Source: Chrysomallon squamiferum
Taxonomy: Eukaryota; Animalia; Mollusca
Assembly: GCA_012295275.1 (NCBI GenBank)
Contig: CM022667.1
Span: 21,452,001-21,516,000 of the forward strand
Direction: 5' to 3'
Length of the DNA stretch: 64,000 nt
Shown: positions 14,701-42,372 of the stretch, piece by piece
How the letters are laid out: every line of letters starts with the position of its first letter
Numbering within the stretch: the first letter of the stretch is position 1
Position numbers and translations under genes: made by a program
The notes under the pieces: model-generated
Seen by the model: only the letters and a program-made list of their open reading frames with translations
Told to the model about the DNA's origin: nothing
The model's database searches: none

Positions 14701-17700
14701 CATGTTAACGATCAATCTATAGTAGGAAGTAAACACAAGTCTACAATTAAAACAGATCAAGCTTCTGATCATCAGAAATCTTTAGCCTCAGTTGGTAAGG
14801 AAGAAACCTTGATTCCAAGTGATGGGTTTCCTGCAGGTTCTCATGTTAATGATCAATCTATAGTAGGAAGTAAACACAAATCTACAATTAAAACAGATCA
14901 AGCATCTGATCATCAGAAATCTATAGCCTCAGCTGATAAGGAAGAAACCTTGATTCCAAGTGATGGGTTTCCTGCAGGTTCTTATGTTAATGATCAATCT
15001 ACAGTAGGAAATAAACACAAATCTACATTTAAAACAGACCAAGCTTCTGATCATCAGAAATCTATAGCCTCAGCTGGTAAGGAAGAAACCTTGATTCCAA
15101 GTGATGGGTTTCCTGCAGTTTCTCATGTTAATGATCAATCTACAGTAGAAAGTAAACACAAGACTACAATCAAAACAGATCAAGCTTCTGAGCATCAGCA
15201 GGAGTTAGATGTTACAAGATCTAACCTTCCAATTGTTTCTGCAGCAGATGACAGATCAGAAATAGATAGAAAACACAAACTTGCAACCAAAACACATCAG
15301 TATGAGCAGGAACATATGGTTCCAAGATCTAGCCTTCCAGCTTTAATCAAGGGAATTGATAGGTCTAAAGTGGTACGAAGTCAAAACATAACAATGAAAC
15401 CATCTCAGTATCAAGAGAAATCTGATACTTTTTCAGAAAAACATCAAAGTTCTAGCCGTCCATCATTGATCCGTGCAAGTGACCAATCAGCAGAGAAAAG
15501 AAAATACCAGATTCCTTCCAAATTGAATAAAGACATTCAGCATCAGCAGATTCAACGAGTTTCAGATACTACATTGGAAGGAAATCTAAAAAATACAAAT
15601 AAATTAAAAAATGACTTTCAGCATTATGAGCAGCTGGAAGTCTCATATGTTACAAGACCAAATCTTCAAGCAACAGATGCTAGGATTGAAGTAGAAAGAA
15701 AGCAGAATACTATAGCCAAATCACATCAAGACTCACAACATCAGCTGTATGCTGATATCTCACTGGAGAAAGATAAAAACTTTGTTCTATATGCTATTCA
15801 TCCAGAAATTACACATACACCTGATCAATCTGTGTTAGAAAGAAAACATAACATTAAACCCAGATATTTAGAAGACTCTGAACATGATGAAAAATCTGAT
15901 GTTAAAGGTCCTTTACTTCCAGATGTTACATACACTGGAAGGTCTACATTTGAAAGAAAGCACAAGATTACAACTAAATCATACGATTTTCAAAACAGGA
16001 ATCAGTCTGTAGTGTTAGGATTTAACCTTCCATATGTTTCAGAGGCAACTGATCTATCCACATTGAAAATGATACATAATATTGCAATCAGATCACATGA
16101 AAATTCCTGAGCAATATCAGAAACCTGTAGTCTCTAATCTTACAAGACCTAAGTTTCCAGTTGTCAAACCTAGAGGTGAAACATCAACATTGGAGAGAAA
16201 TTACAAGACCTCTGATCAAGGCTTTCAGCATTATAATAAGGAAAATAATATGCAGAAAATGTTTGTTACTGGTTCTGGGTTTGCAGGTCTGACAAAAGTC
16301 AAGATTACAAGCAATTCATATGCACATTCTCAGCAAATGTTCTCAACAGAAAAACCCTTTGTTCTGAGTCCTGGATATTCACCATTTGCTGCACGTAACA
16401 GGTCAGTGGTTGAAAGACGGCCTCAACAGATACCCATGTTAAAAAATCAAGTAGAGGAAAAGGAAATGGTAATAATAATTATCTTTATCTACACCTAACC
16501 AAATCTTAATTATTTTTGAAAAAAGTTAGTAAAACAAAAATTCAATAAATGATGCACTTACAGTATACAGTAATTTATAATACATTAGAAATTTGGTATA
16601 AAAATATTAAAAAGACAAGAAAAAAAAATTGTTTCTGAACTTTACAGTTGAAAAACCCAACAGCTGACTTAGATCATTATCATTTAATTCAAATAAGTAT
16701 AATTGAATGTAGTCTGTTTTTTTTTCTTCTTTTAAATAAATATTAATTCACAAATGTTGATTTGAAAACCTTCTAAATCTTGACTCAAACTTGTATTCAG
16801 CGAGATGAACTGGATCTATTTAGAAATTGATATTTTATACTGTATCAATAAGAATGTGATAACAAATTAGCAAAGAAAACAAGAACATAAAGGTGACAAA
16901 TAACTTTTTTTTTTTTTTTTTTTTAATCAGAATCTAGATCTCTTCATAGGAAACGTTCCAACCTTCCAGAAGCAGAGAATATTGGCATCAAGATTCACTT
17001 CTAAAGTTCCTCGTCAATTCAAACAAGTAGAACAAGTATGTTAAATTTTGAAATGGAAAATTTGGTTTAAAACATTACGTCAAACTAGGAAACAATAATA
17101 AATAAATATAATCTATTAGTAAACCAGCATTTATGTGTTTAGGTGTTTTGTTGAATAATCAAAGTAAAAATTAATTAGAAGGAATTTTTCGTGTGTGTGT
17201 GCGTGCATGCATGCTCTTCAGAATGCCAGTCCTGATTAAACTTCATTTAGCTTTAACAGATTTTATTTGTTAACATGTAACTTTGAAAATATTTAATTAT
17301 TGTTTGAACAGAAGAAAATTTTTCTTTTTCTTACAGAAACAAAATCATAAGAGACAAATTTCTAAAATAGAAATTCACGGAAAAGCATTATCTCCAAAAA
17401 ACATAAGGTATTTAGTAAATTAGTATTTTCTTAAAAATATTTTTGGGGGGCATAATCTTAATAGGAAACCCACATTTCTGAACTATGCTGATCAAAAAAA
17501 CAACTAACCCAATTAACTGAAATTGATTTTGCATTTATTAATTATTTAGATTTGAAAGGCGGTTTAATATTCAATCTGGGCTGATAATTATAATATAGCA
17601 ATGATGGAACGTGTATAGATTTATTTAAAAAAAAATTAATTTATATGTTCAGACATTGATATGTTTTTTGTTTGTGTGCGTGTGTGTGTGTGTATCTGTA

Positions 17701-17903
17701 TCTGTGGGTGTATGATAAACACACACACACACACACACACATGCCAAAACACCAAGACTTTTTTTTTTTTAATCTAGAAAGGTTTTTTTCCTAAAATGCA
17801 GTTAATTTTGTATTCTTATTATTACCAGTTATAAATGTTACTATAATGAAAAAGACTGCTCTGCTGATTTTTTATTTTTTATTTTTTTTTTGCGTTTAGC
17901 TGA
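2720..17903 (+). CDS. Uncharacterised multi-exon protein: helical/coiled-coil N-terminus plus large low-complexity tandem-repeat exon (about 1250 aa as assembled; about 1429 aa if the +1 break at 16108 is bypassed)
   Basis: Hand-spliced GT-AG exons with matching phases and no stops: 2720-2753, 3856-3931, 4485-4623, 5077-5133, 5318-5398, 6116-6189, 6657-6740, 7081-7127, 8264-8371, 8977-9080, 11575-11685, 12024-12177, 12586-12644, 12975-13013, 13196-13357, 13687-16468, 16931-17035, 17337-17407, 17900-17903. Starts MESSKKPEMGEGSNTSKNAANSFDSINPPDFSKKDGRITDFGFTDNMKYCAPCLGK. No family recognised; exon 12975-13013 and the first and last exons are the least certain. Confidence 0.75.
9267..11339 (+). 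mobile_element. Decayed, internally deleted Ty3/Gypsy LTR retrotransposon in an intron
   Basis: Related LTR-like ends 9267-9507 (TGTTAC...tttgagccccatgaCA) and 10877-11339 (TGTCAC...tttgagccctatgaCA); degenerate tRNA-Pro PBS-like tgaggctcttgtccaggatt at about 9521; purine tract ggagaggcg before the 3' LTR; integrase C-terminal remnant 10059-10229 FNPGDKVLIYLPITKSSLHNKHFGPYIVKGKVSDTGYIVNIPDRGKLTRFCHINLLK (GPY/F module); flanks aggtt/aggtg. Confidence 0.85.
13687..16110 (+). CDS. Large internal coding exon of the uncharacterised gene (807-codon open frame)
   Basis: ORF track 13687..16110; preceded by acceptor ttatag (ends 13686); phase 0 matches upstream exon 13196-13357; S/K/Q/D/H-rich. Confidence 0.85.
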   Translation: MSHASKSEKHNRCLSPSDRDNSQNRSESGHSILAEKLQKDSLLLKKDTSGISKDVSSSIFGNLKNKKIDKMQAVSNEFVSRTAKSESRKSSSDSKQGKIKNFNKIKISNKVSQPDNSSCTPDNRLPAATPEGHRSSTSTTKKHQVSQYKDLAPDFQNQMEKNMLQQKHQTSSDQSTLVINKDKSLIPSDGFPAGSHVNDQSTVGSKPKNTTKTDQVSQHQQKPTSSAGKEETLIPSDGFPAGSPVDDQSTVGNKPQNTTKTDQVSQHQQNSTSSAGKEETLIPSDGFPAGSPDNDQSTVANKPKSRIKTDQASDHQKSLALAGKEETLIPSDGFPAGSHVNDQSIVGSKHKSTIKTDQASDHQKSLASVGKEETLIPSDGFPAGSHVNDQSIVGSKHKSTIKTDQASDHQKSIASADKEETLIPSDGFPAGSYVNDQSTVGNKHKSTFKTDQASDHQKSIASAGKEETLIPSDGFPAVSHVNDQSTVESKHKTTIKTDQASEHQQELDVTRSNLPIVSAADDRSEIDRKHKLATKTHQYEQEHMVPRSSLPALIKGIDRSKVVRSQNITMKPSQYQEKSDTFSEKHQSSSRPSLIRASDQSAEKRKYQIPSKLNKDIQHQQIQRVSDTTLEGNLKNTNKLKNDFQHYEQLEVSYVTRPNLQATDARIEVERKQNTIAKSHQDSQHQLYADISLEKDKNFVLYAIHPEITHTPDQSVLERKHNIKPRYLEDSEHDEKSDVKGPLLPDVTYTGRSTFERKHKITTKSYDFQNRNQSVVLGFNLPYVSEATDLSTLKMIHNIAIRSHENS
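14239..15200 (+). repeat. Coding tandem repeat, 7 copies of a 141-144 bp unit (47-48 aa, LIPSDGFPAGSHVNDQSTVG...)
   Basis: ttgattccaagtgatgggtttcctgcag recurs at 14239, 14383, 14527, 14668, 14809, 14950, 15091 (spacings 144,144,141,141,141,141). Confidence 0.95.
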
Positions 17904-19218
17904 TCTAAAGAACATAAATATGGATAAACGTAAAACATTTTAGTTTTCCTGATAGTTCAAGATGGAAGGCACATGGGGATCTTGTACTGGTTTTATTATT
18001 CTTCATAACATCTACATGCTAGTTACCTGGGTTCAAATAGGTAGCATTTGGAAAGAAAGTTTAGTACTTATTTTAAATTTATAGAATAATGGTCCAAATT
18101 TTGGAATGTTCTTTTATCTAGTTATTTGTTCATATATTTAATTGTTTATATTTTTATTTTCTGAGATATTTTCAAAAGGAATTTATATTTTTATATAAAA
18201 TGTTTGTAAAAATGAATATTATGTTTTTAAAAACAAGATTTTATTTAATTTTGGTTTGTTAATTTTTGTCATTAAATTTCAAAAGATTATTATTTAATTG
18301 TAAACCTGATAATTTTGTAATATTTCCAGCTGTTTAACCCAAACTGTTATATATTGTGTTTGTATGTGCATGTGTTTCCATATGTAATAGCATGTGTGGC
18401 TAAATGATTTATTTTTATACTAATATTTATTATTTTATTTTCATGTACATTTTTTGAAGGAATTTATTTATTATTTATTAATGACATGCACCTTTACACA
18501 AATAGAAAAAAATACCTAAAACTGTTTCATTTTTGGCAACTCTTTTTGTCAAGTAAGCGCTGCTAGAGAACTGTATGGTATGTCAAAAAAATATTTATAT
18601 TTAATTTTGGTACGGTGCACAAAATTCTTTGGAATCGGGCTTGCGATAACAAAGGCACTGGGATGTTAACTGAAAATTTGGACAGCGATTATACCATGGC
18701 ACAATATCTGCTGTGAACCATCACCATCCACGCTGCAGGAACAGATCTCATAGCAAAGCAGATTTTCTTTGGAAGCATTTTTCTACTTGTGATCATGTAT
18801 TTATTTTATATGTATATATTTTATTGCTTAATTATGCTGCATTTCAAAAAATATAAAAAATATTTGTATTAAAAAAAAGAAAAGAAAAAAAAATAATTTA
18901 AAAAAATGAAAGAATATTAAATAAACATTTTAAAAGAATACAATGTTTTCTTATTTCTTTTTGTCGAATTTTATTATTAATGCAAACTTGCTGAATATTC
19001 TTGAAAAAAATTGTTTGATTCTAGAATGATCTGGTAACATAAACGTTTTAAAAACAATTTTAAAAAATTTAAAAAAAATGGGAAAAAAAAATGAGTAGCA
19101 AAGCAAATATAACAAAGACATTTCTTTTTTATACCTGAATATATTTCCCTGAAAATACAACCAAAGTGTGTATATATATATGTGTGTAAATATCATATTT
19201 CTTGGTGTGATTATATAG

Positions 19219-19253
<35 letters not shown>

Positions 19254-20346
19254 TATATACATACACACATATCACACCAAGAAATGTGATTAACTAAAAC
19301 AAAATATGTTCTAAAAACAAAGAGAAAAGATAAATTCATCTAACTACAGTATAATTTATTTTCTTTCACCAACAAGGAATAGAAAATACATTTCATTAAA
19401 AGTACCTTAGGTGGTGAAAATGAATGACTTCATGATTCATGATATCCCATGTTGAAGAAAAAATACTTTGGCTTTTGAATGTCAAATGTACAAAGTCAGA
19501 CAAAATATATTTCTTTGTTTTCCTTTTTATTAATGACATGCACCTTTACACATAATAAAATAACAAGTTGTTATACTTTTTAAAGAAATACAAACTGTGA
19601 AAGAAAATCCCTAAGGAATGGCTGCACAATGATTCTATTTATGATTTTGTGTGTATGGTGTGTGTATTTTGTGTTCAGTATGTTAAAAAGAAAAAGACAT
19701 GGGCTTATTAAAAAACACATAAAATATATTTTGTCTGTTTGGGTATTACCACCATAGGTACCTTTAATATGAAAAGTCAAATACCAATATCAATTATATA
19801 AATGTACCATTTAAAAGTTAATGGTTTTCACAGTTCTGAGAAAAAAAGATGTAACAAATCTGTAATATTTCTTCTTTTAATTTGAAACCTGATATAAATT
19901 CTGGATTAATGTTTATAACAAGATCCAGTCTGAGATAAATTCAATCACAATGATCAATATCATCACAGTATTGTAGCGCTTGTAAAAAAACATCTTTCCC
20001 TGCAAGTAGCACCTGAACATATTAGTATAAGGCCAGATAGGAACAACCCCTGCAACTTTCTGTTGTAATTTGCTATTATAATTCTCTGAAGTATTGGGTT
20101 TTTTCCATTTGTCATTTCAAATTTTATCAGTATTCTGAGAATTGGAAAAATATTATTGATAAAAATTAGCTGAAAAATGCTGTTAATGTTTCTTTTGTTT
20201 TTAATGGATTTCAGTGTTATTTTAATATCTTTCAATAAACCAAATCTGGAAACACCTTGCCATTAATTATTCAGTAGCAAATCTGTTTTTTTGTGTTTTT
20301 TTTCAATTGGAGGGGTTCAGGAATGACAAGAGAGAAACAATTATTT

Positions 20347-21230
20347 TTAGTCTGGTAATTGTCTATTAATGAAGGTCTGACTGTATGTGCTTTCTCCTAG
20401 CAAAACTTCTTGAAAAACTGCCTCTTTCCAACCAAAAGTCCTGTTAGGAAAGTTGACACGCTCCACTGTCCAAGTGTGGTCTTCTGTGTGCAGAATGTAC
20501 TGTTTTGTTCTGTACTTCTGTTGCCGAAAACTGTAACCACCAACCAGTACTATATCAGTTCCTGTCTGCCATGTAGACAGGCAGGCTGTGAAATGTGTGG
20601 GAAACTTTGACACCAGCTGTGTCCACTGATTGGCCTCTATGTTATAAACTTCACAAATCTGTCAAAATAAAATCTGTTTAATAGAATGTTGGTTCAAATT
20701 ACATCACAATTAAAAATTAATAATCTTAGTATTCTTACTCATTAAAATTAACATAAATGGCAAAATAATTACAAGTACTGTGTGCATAAAATGCAGAGGT
20801 AAATTCTGAATTGAAATAAGAGATTAATTAAATATAATTTTATCGATAATTTTATTTGTTAATAAACTTCACAGGATTTGTGATAAAAAAAATTAAAAAT
20901 GAAATTTGTATAAATTAATTATTAAGGTGATAATATTGTTATCATACATATTTTTTTTAGTTTGCTTATCAGTTGCTTATTATTTATACTTAAAGCTTGT
21001 GTAATCATGTTAATCATACGTCTACACCAATATAGTGTATATTTATATAATCTTTTTAATTTACTTGACTAAGTTGAATATTCCTTCACAAACTGCATCT
21101 GATACATTTGGTTATTTTTCAAAGTATATGCAATACAAAATTTGATTTGATTCAAACATTTTCAAATATTCAACTTGTTCAGAAAATTGAGATCACTAAT
21201 ATATATGCCAGCCTTTTTCTCCATTATACT

Positions 21231-21270
<40 letters not shown>

Positions 21271-23863
21271 ACTAAATCTAAAATGCTCCAAATCACTTAT
21301 TAAACACAATACCTGAACTGTCATAAGCTGTCTTCGTCTGAACTTACAACCTCCAATGACAAACAGTTTACCTCCACATTCTATCATGCTGTGATAGGAA
21401 CGGGCAAAAAGGAGTGGGGCACACTGTCTCCACTGCTGTGTTACAACATTGTAGCAAGACACAGTATTCAGGTGATGATGGCCGTTGTGACCTCCAGATA
21501 CATACATTTCATCCTGGTACACACATGCTGAAGATAATCATAAAGACTGAAATTATTACGGTATAATAAACTTACAAGAATGAAAACTAAAACAAAATTT
21601 GTTGATGTAATTACTATCTTCCCTAAAGTATTTATCGGTGCAAATTAATTTCAAGTTTATAAAAATCTTTACTGAAATTATTTTTATATAAAAGTTCTCT
21701 ATTTATAAATGAAATGAATTTCAACACAGACATTAAATCTTACAAATTATAAGCTACTCCAAAATAAATGCCAGTTTACAAAGTTTAATGCACCAGTAAA
21801 TAAACAACTAGAATTTTAAAACATTTTCTGTTTTTGAAAAAATTAACTGAACTAATTAACACTCCTTTAAAGGTTAAAATATATTAAAAAAAAAAAACAC
21901 CTGAATGTTCATGAACTCTGTAACTAAGTGAGGTAACTAGAGTCCAGGTCTGGGTGTGAGGATTGAACATTTCTGAAGATGACAGCTCCCCTTCTGAGTT
22001 AACTCCTCCAACAGCAAACAGCATCCCTTCTAAATGTACCAGAGAAAACAAACATCGTTTTGACAGCATACTCGTATCCTACAAAAATGTATTTAATGTG
22101 AAAGATATAATGAGATAAATGTCAATTATGATCTAGGAATAAAGTACAGACTAGCTCTTTTCCCGAGTATAATTCTTAGATTTTTTTTAACACAGTATAA
22201 CAATAAATGCATCAGTTAAGGAACTTTAATTAATTAAATGAATACCTATAATGGCTTTTGTTTCAGAATACTGTTATAGCCAGTAATTTATCTAGGCCTC
22301 ATTTTAGAACACCAATTCATTACAAAATATATTGTAATTGTGATTTACAACTCTCTTATCACCTCATCAAATTAATTTTCTTAGGTACATTTTACAACTT
22401 GAAACATTTTACAAATATGTGGAAAAGTTGACCTGTTACTAGAGATTAAACTAGGAAGTTTAGAAAAATCAACTTTTGGAATTTTGTTACTGAATTTGTC
22501 AAGGCATGCATTTGTTAATGTCTTGGTACAAAACAGAACTGAGATAGAAATAAAACAGCAATAATGCAAAATTCGTTAGACATGATTTTAAATCAAAATT
22601 ATTATCTGCATTTTTAATTGATCTGTGCATTATTAAGTAAAAGTAAGAGCTCACCCGATACCATTCTAGAGCATCCAAGTCTAGCCTCATCATAGATTCA
22701 ATGGCAAATTGTCCAGCTAAAGAATACCTCCACTGCCCTCCAGCAACATACACTGAACGTCCTAACTTTGCAACAGCAAACTCTCGCAGGCTTTTTGTAG
22801 CAATGCCTTTTAAATTTTCAGGAACATTGTGGAATTTCAATTCCATTTTTTTGTTCCAGTCTGGAGTTGGCATTTGTGTAGGTTCTTGGATGATATTTTC
22901 AGTGGACAAATGATCTTTGTGCGTGCTATACTTAAGTTCAGCGATATCGTCTTTGTCATTAACTTCAGTAACTTTGTCATATAAAGGTGACACCATCAAT
23001 GCTGAAGTGAGAGATTTTGCAAAAGGAATCCTAAAACAAATTACAGCTTTTCTTGGCTGTCTAATTCCAAACTGCCAAGGGAATGTTTTCAAGTACAGTT
23101 TTGGTTCAGATTTACAACTAGAAAAAGCCGATTTCAAAAATTCTCTCACAACTTCATTTTCTAATTCCTCCAAAAGTGTCTCATGGTTAGGGTTAACAAG
23201 AAGTCTAGGAACTCTTATAAGTTTCAAAAGTTTAATTTGTTCTTCAGGTTTTATTATTTCATTGTGAGTGAAGAGCAGACAGATGAAGTCGATCAAATCC
23301 CACTCAGAATCAACTTCCGTTTCATCACTTTGTAAAACTTCTTTCACAATATCAAAACTGAGAACATCCAGTACTGATAAACTTTCTTTAATTACCATTA
23401 TGTGACCTTTGCTATATGAGTAAATTTCTTTTCTTAGCAGCTCAAGGTTGTATCTGTTACATAAAAGGACCAACTGTCCAAAGCACAGAGCTTCTGTCAA
23501 ACTGCATTTTGAAGCTAGCCAAGAATCACACATGTTCCTTACAGACTCAATATCTAAATAATCTGCAGCAAAAAGTAATTCTTCTATCACTGATACAGTC
23601 ATGTTGTCAAGCAATGGAATCCATGACTTTGTCATTGAATACTGGTGTATAAGATTTGTCAGAAGAGTCAGTACATCAGATGAAATCAGACGAAAAGTAA
23701 TTCTTTTAGAGAGTGTTTCTTGCATTTCACTTTTCTGCAGAGCAGAAAAATATCCGGAATATGAACAGAGAGTTTGAAGATCCACCAGTATAGATTTGCC
23801 ATCAGAACATGTACAGGAACAAATATCCTTACCTGAATCTACCACTGGAAGGACTACTTCCAT
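20347..23863 (-). CDS. Kelch-like protein (BTB-BACK-Kelch), about 637 aa, probable CUL3 substrate adaptor
   Basis: Exons 23863-22655, 22078-21901, 21527-21313, 20658-20347 join in frame. BTB motifs LCSYSGYFSAL..SEMQE and IEELLFAADYLDIESVRNMC; BACK motif LQSDETEVDSEWDL; kelch GG repeats VYVAGG, LFAVGG, MYVSGG, LFVIGG, IVLVGG with downstream Y/F..W. Subfamily not assigned. Confidence 0.9.
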
Positions 23864-23968
23864 CTTCACCTTGGTCGTGTATCCTTACAACATGGTCTGA
23901 TTAACTGGAGATACATAGCTCTCAACCAATTGTAGTTATTTGAAAACTAATTGTTTTTTCAGCTTTAT

Positions 23969-24927
23969 CTGTTAAAAAATGTTCAGTAAATGCAGATTGA
24001 TTAAATAACAATAAAGGAAAAATAAAAAAAAATAAAAATTATGGACTTTAACAAATATAACAAATTCTACACATAAGAATTTGTTTTAGTTTTAAAAATG
24101 TATTTAACAAGACCGAATCTTTAAATTAGCAAAGTGAAAAATATAAGAAAAACAATGTTCCTTTTTAAAAAAAATATTTAACCTCTTATTAAATATTACC
24201 TTCATTCAATCTGGCCATGCATATCCTTCTTTTATGACTGTATTAATCACTGTAATAAAAAATTAAATTAAATTTTAAAAACCCCAGATATATTTTATTT
24301 TTACATCCACCACAAACTGCCCCCTATTTCCAATGTTCTGGTGTACAATGATTTACCAAGCTGAAAGATCTGTTGCTTTGAATTTGGACTTTGGAAGATA
24401 TTCATTTATAACATTTATAAACATTAAACAAATAAGAAAAGCTAAACATACTTTCTCATTTTGAATGATTGACACGTGACAATGTTACTCTGCATACAAA
24501 AACCTTTCTTATAGTTATTACTTATTGAATATATTTAATGTCACATTCTTAATGAAAAGCTTATGACAGTTATATTCGGTTTAACATATGTTTTGCGCGA
24601 GCTGAAACCCAATTCTGAGTATGTAAAATCAGAATTAAGTCAGTAACTAACTGATGTTGGTCTGAGGTGGATTAAGACAGAGATGATAAACACTTATTAT
24701 GTAGCAGTTCATGAAAGGTCACGAAATCTGACAAACGTGTCTACATGTTTTGTATACAACCATATAACTGCACAAATTACGAAGAAAAATAACGTAACAG
24801 ATGCAAAAAGCAAACGAACTTTCTCTACAAAACTAACGGAACTTCTTATTTATTTTATTTTTTCTTAATAACTGGCTACTCGGTTCATTTTGTTAGAAGG
24901 CGAACTAACTAAAAACAACCAGTTAAA
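23969..24927. promoter_or_regulatory. Probable bidirectional promoter / 5' region shared by the Kelch gene and NUDT21
   Basis: Start codons are head-to-head 1.06 kb apart (23863 minus, 24928 plus); local return of CpG dinucleotides from about 24570 to 25330; YY1-like AAAATGGCCG overlapping the NUDT21 start; minus-strand acceptor at 23969-23970 implies an upstream non-coding Kelch exon. Confidence 0.55.
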
Positions 24928-41194
<16,267 letters not shown>

Positions 41195-42314
41195 CCCTGT
41201 GACATCATTTTCATTGTACAAAATCCATCAAATACTTGGTGCTGACATCACACCTTGTTTCACACAATCATGTACACTCATCATCACTGAGAACTGTCCA
41301 GAAAAAACACTCCAGTTTGCAGTCCTGTGTCATGTTAAAATAATTTCCAGACATTTTTCTTTTTTAATTTTAGTTCTGGAAAAAACTTTCATCATTTTCT
41401 TGTAGTAAAATTTTACTTGTGTAATTAAACTGTGTTTTGTTGTTTTAAATCTGTTGTTAATAATATTTGAGATTTTTCTTTATGTGAAATTCTGTTCTGA
41501 AAGATTTTGTGAGTGTGATATGTATGAATAAGAATTATACTGAATGTGTTTTTGTTGTGTTGACCTTTTTTTTTTCTTTTTTTTTTTCTTTTCATAATAT
41601 CCAGGATAATTTTAAAATGTTATTTCATTTAATAGCATAAGTGATGGATGAAGTGTTGAATAAAATTATTCTTACAAAGTTACAGTGATGTAGGACTAAC
41701 AGTTAAATGAAATATTTTATTAATTCTAGTTGTTTATTTAATTGTATTTTTATTTTTTATTTGTTATTTATTAAACTTTTATTAATTTTTTTTCTATTTA
41801 TTTCATGTTATTATTTTATTTTATTTTTTTTTAACTGTGGAGTCTTTGAATACAAAATTGGATAATTATCATTGAATTATCAAAACTGAAGTCAGACAGT
41901 TTTTTTTTAAATGTCATCTTTGAGTGTTTTTTTCTTTTTTCTTTCTATGTATTTGACATTTGATTTGAAACAGCCACTTTGTTACTCATAAAAGCCTTTT
42001 AAAAACTTTATTTCATTTGATTAATTGTCATAATTTTTTTCTCTCTCTTGATATGCAAGAATAGAATGTGTTTTCTTGGGTGAAATAAACTGCATGATGC
42101 TGTTCATTAGTCTTTCCCAGAGCATTAAGCACACAACTGGTTTAATTAATAGTGGTTTGGATTGTGACTGAGACTATAGATTAAGCACACAGAATAGTAT
42201 GTGTGTATAAAATACCACCATGATTTGTGTGATTAATGAAGAAATTGTTACACTTTCAACAGAAAAAAATAGTATGTAATAATGTATCTGAAAACATCCT
42301 TCTCTTGTTATTAA

Positions 42315-42372
<58 letters not shown>

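Noticed and set aside
14239-15200. Regularly spaced repeat superficially like a CRISPR array
   Set aside because: Eukaryotic, in-frame coding repeat; the intervening sequences are homologous rather than unique spacers.
17672-17742. (GT)n...(AC)n fold-back in the last intron of the first gene
   Set aside because: Explained by adjacent opposite-orientation microsatellites, common in this genome.
22701-23652. Plus-strand ORFs overlapping the Kelch exon; likewise 13671-13970, 25782-25982 and 56339-56554
   Set aside because: Antisense or alternate-frame shadows of real coding exons.
23826-23836. Strong donor consensus CAG|GTAAG early in the Kelch first coding exon
   Set aside because: The frame is open through it into the BTB domain and no matching acceptor is needed.
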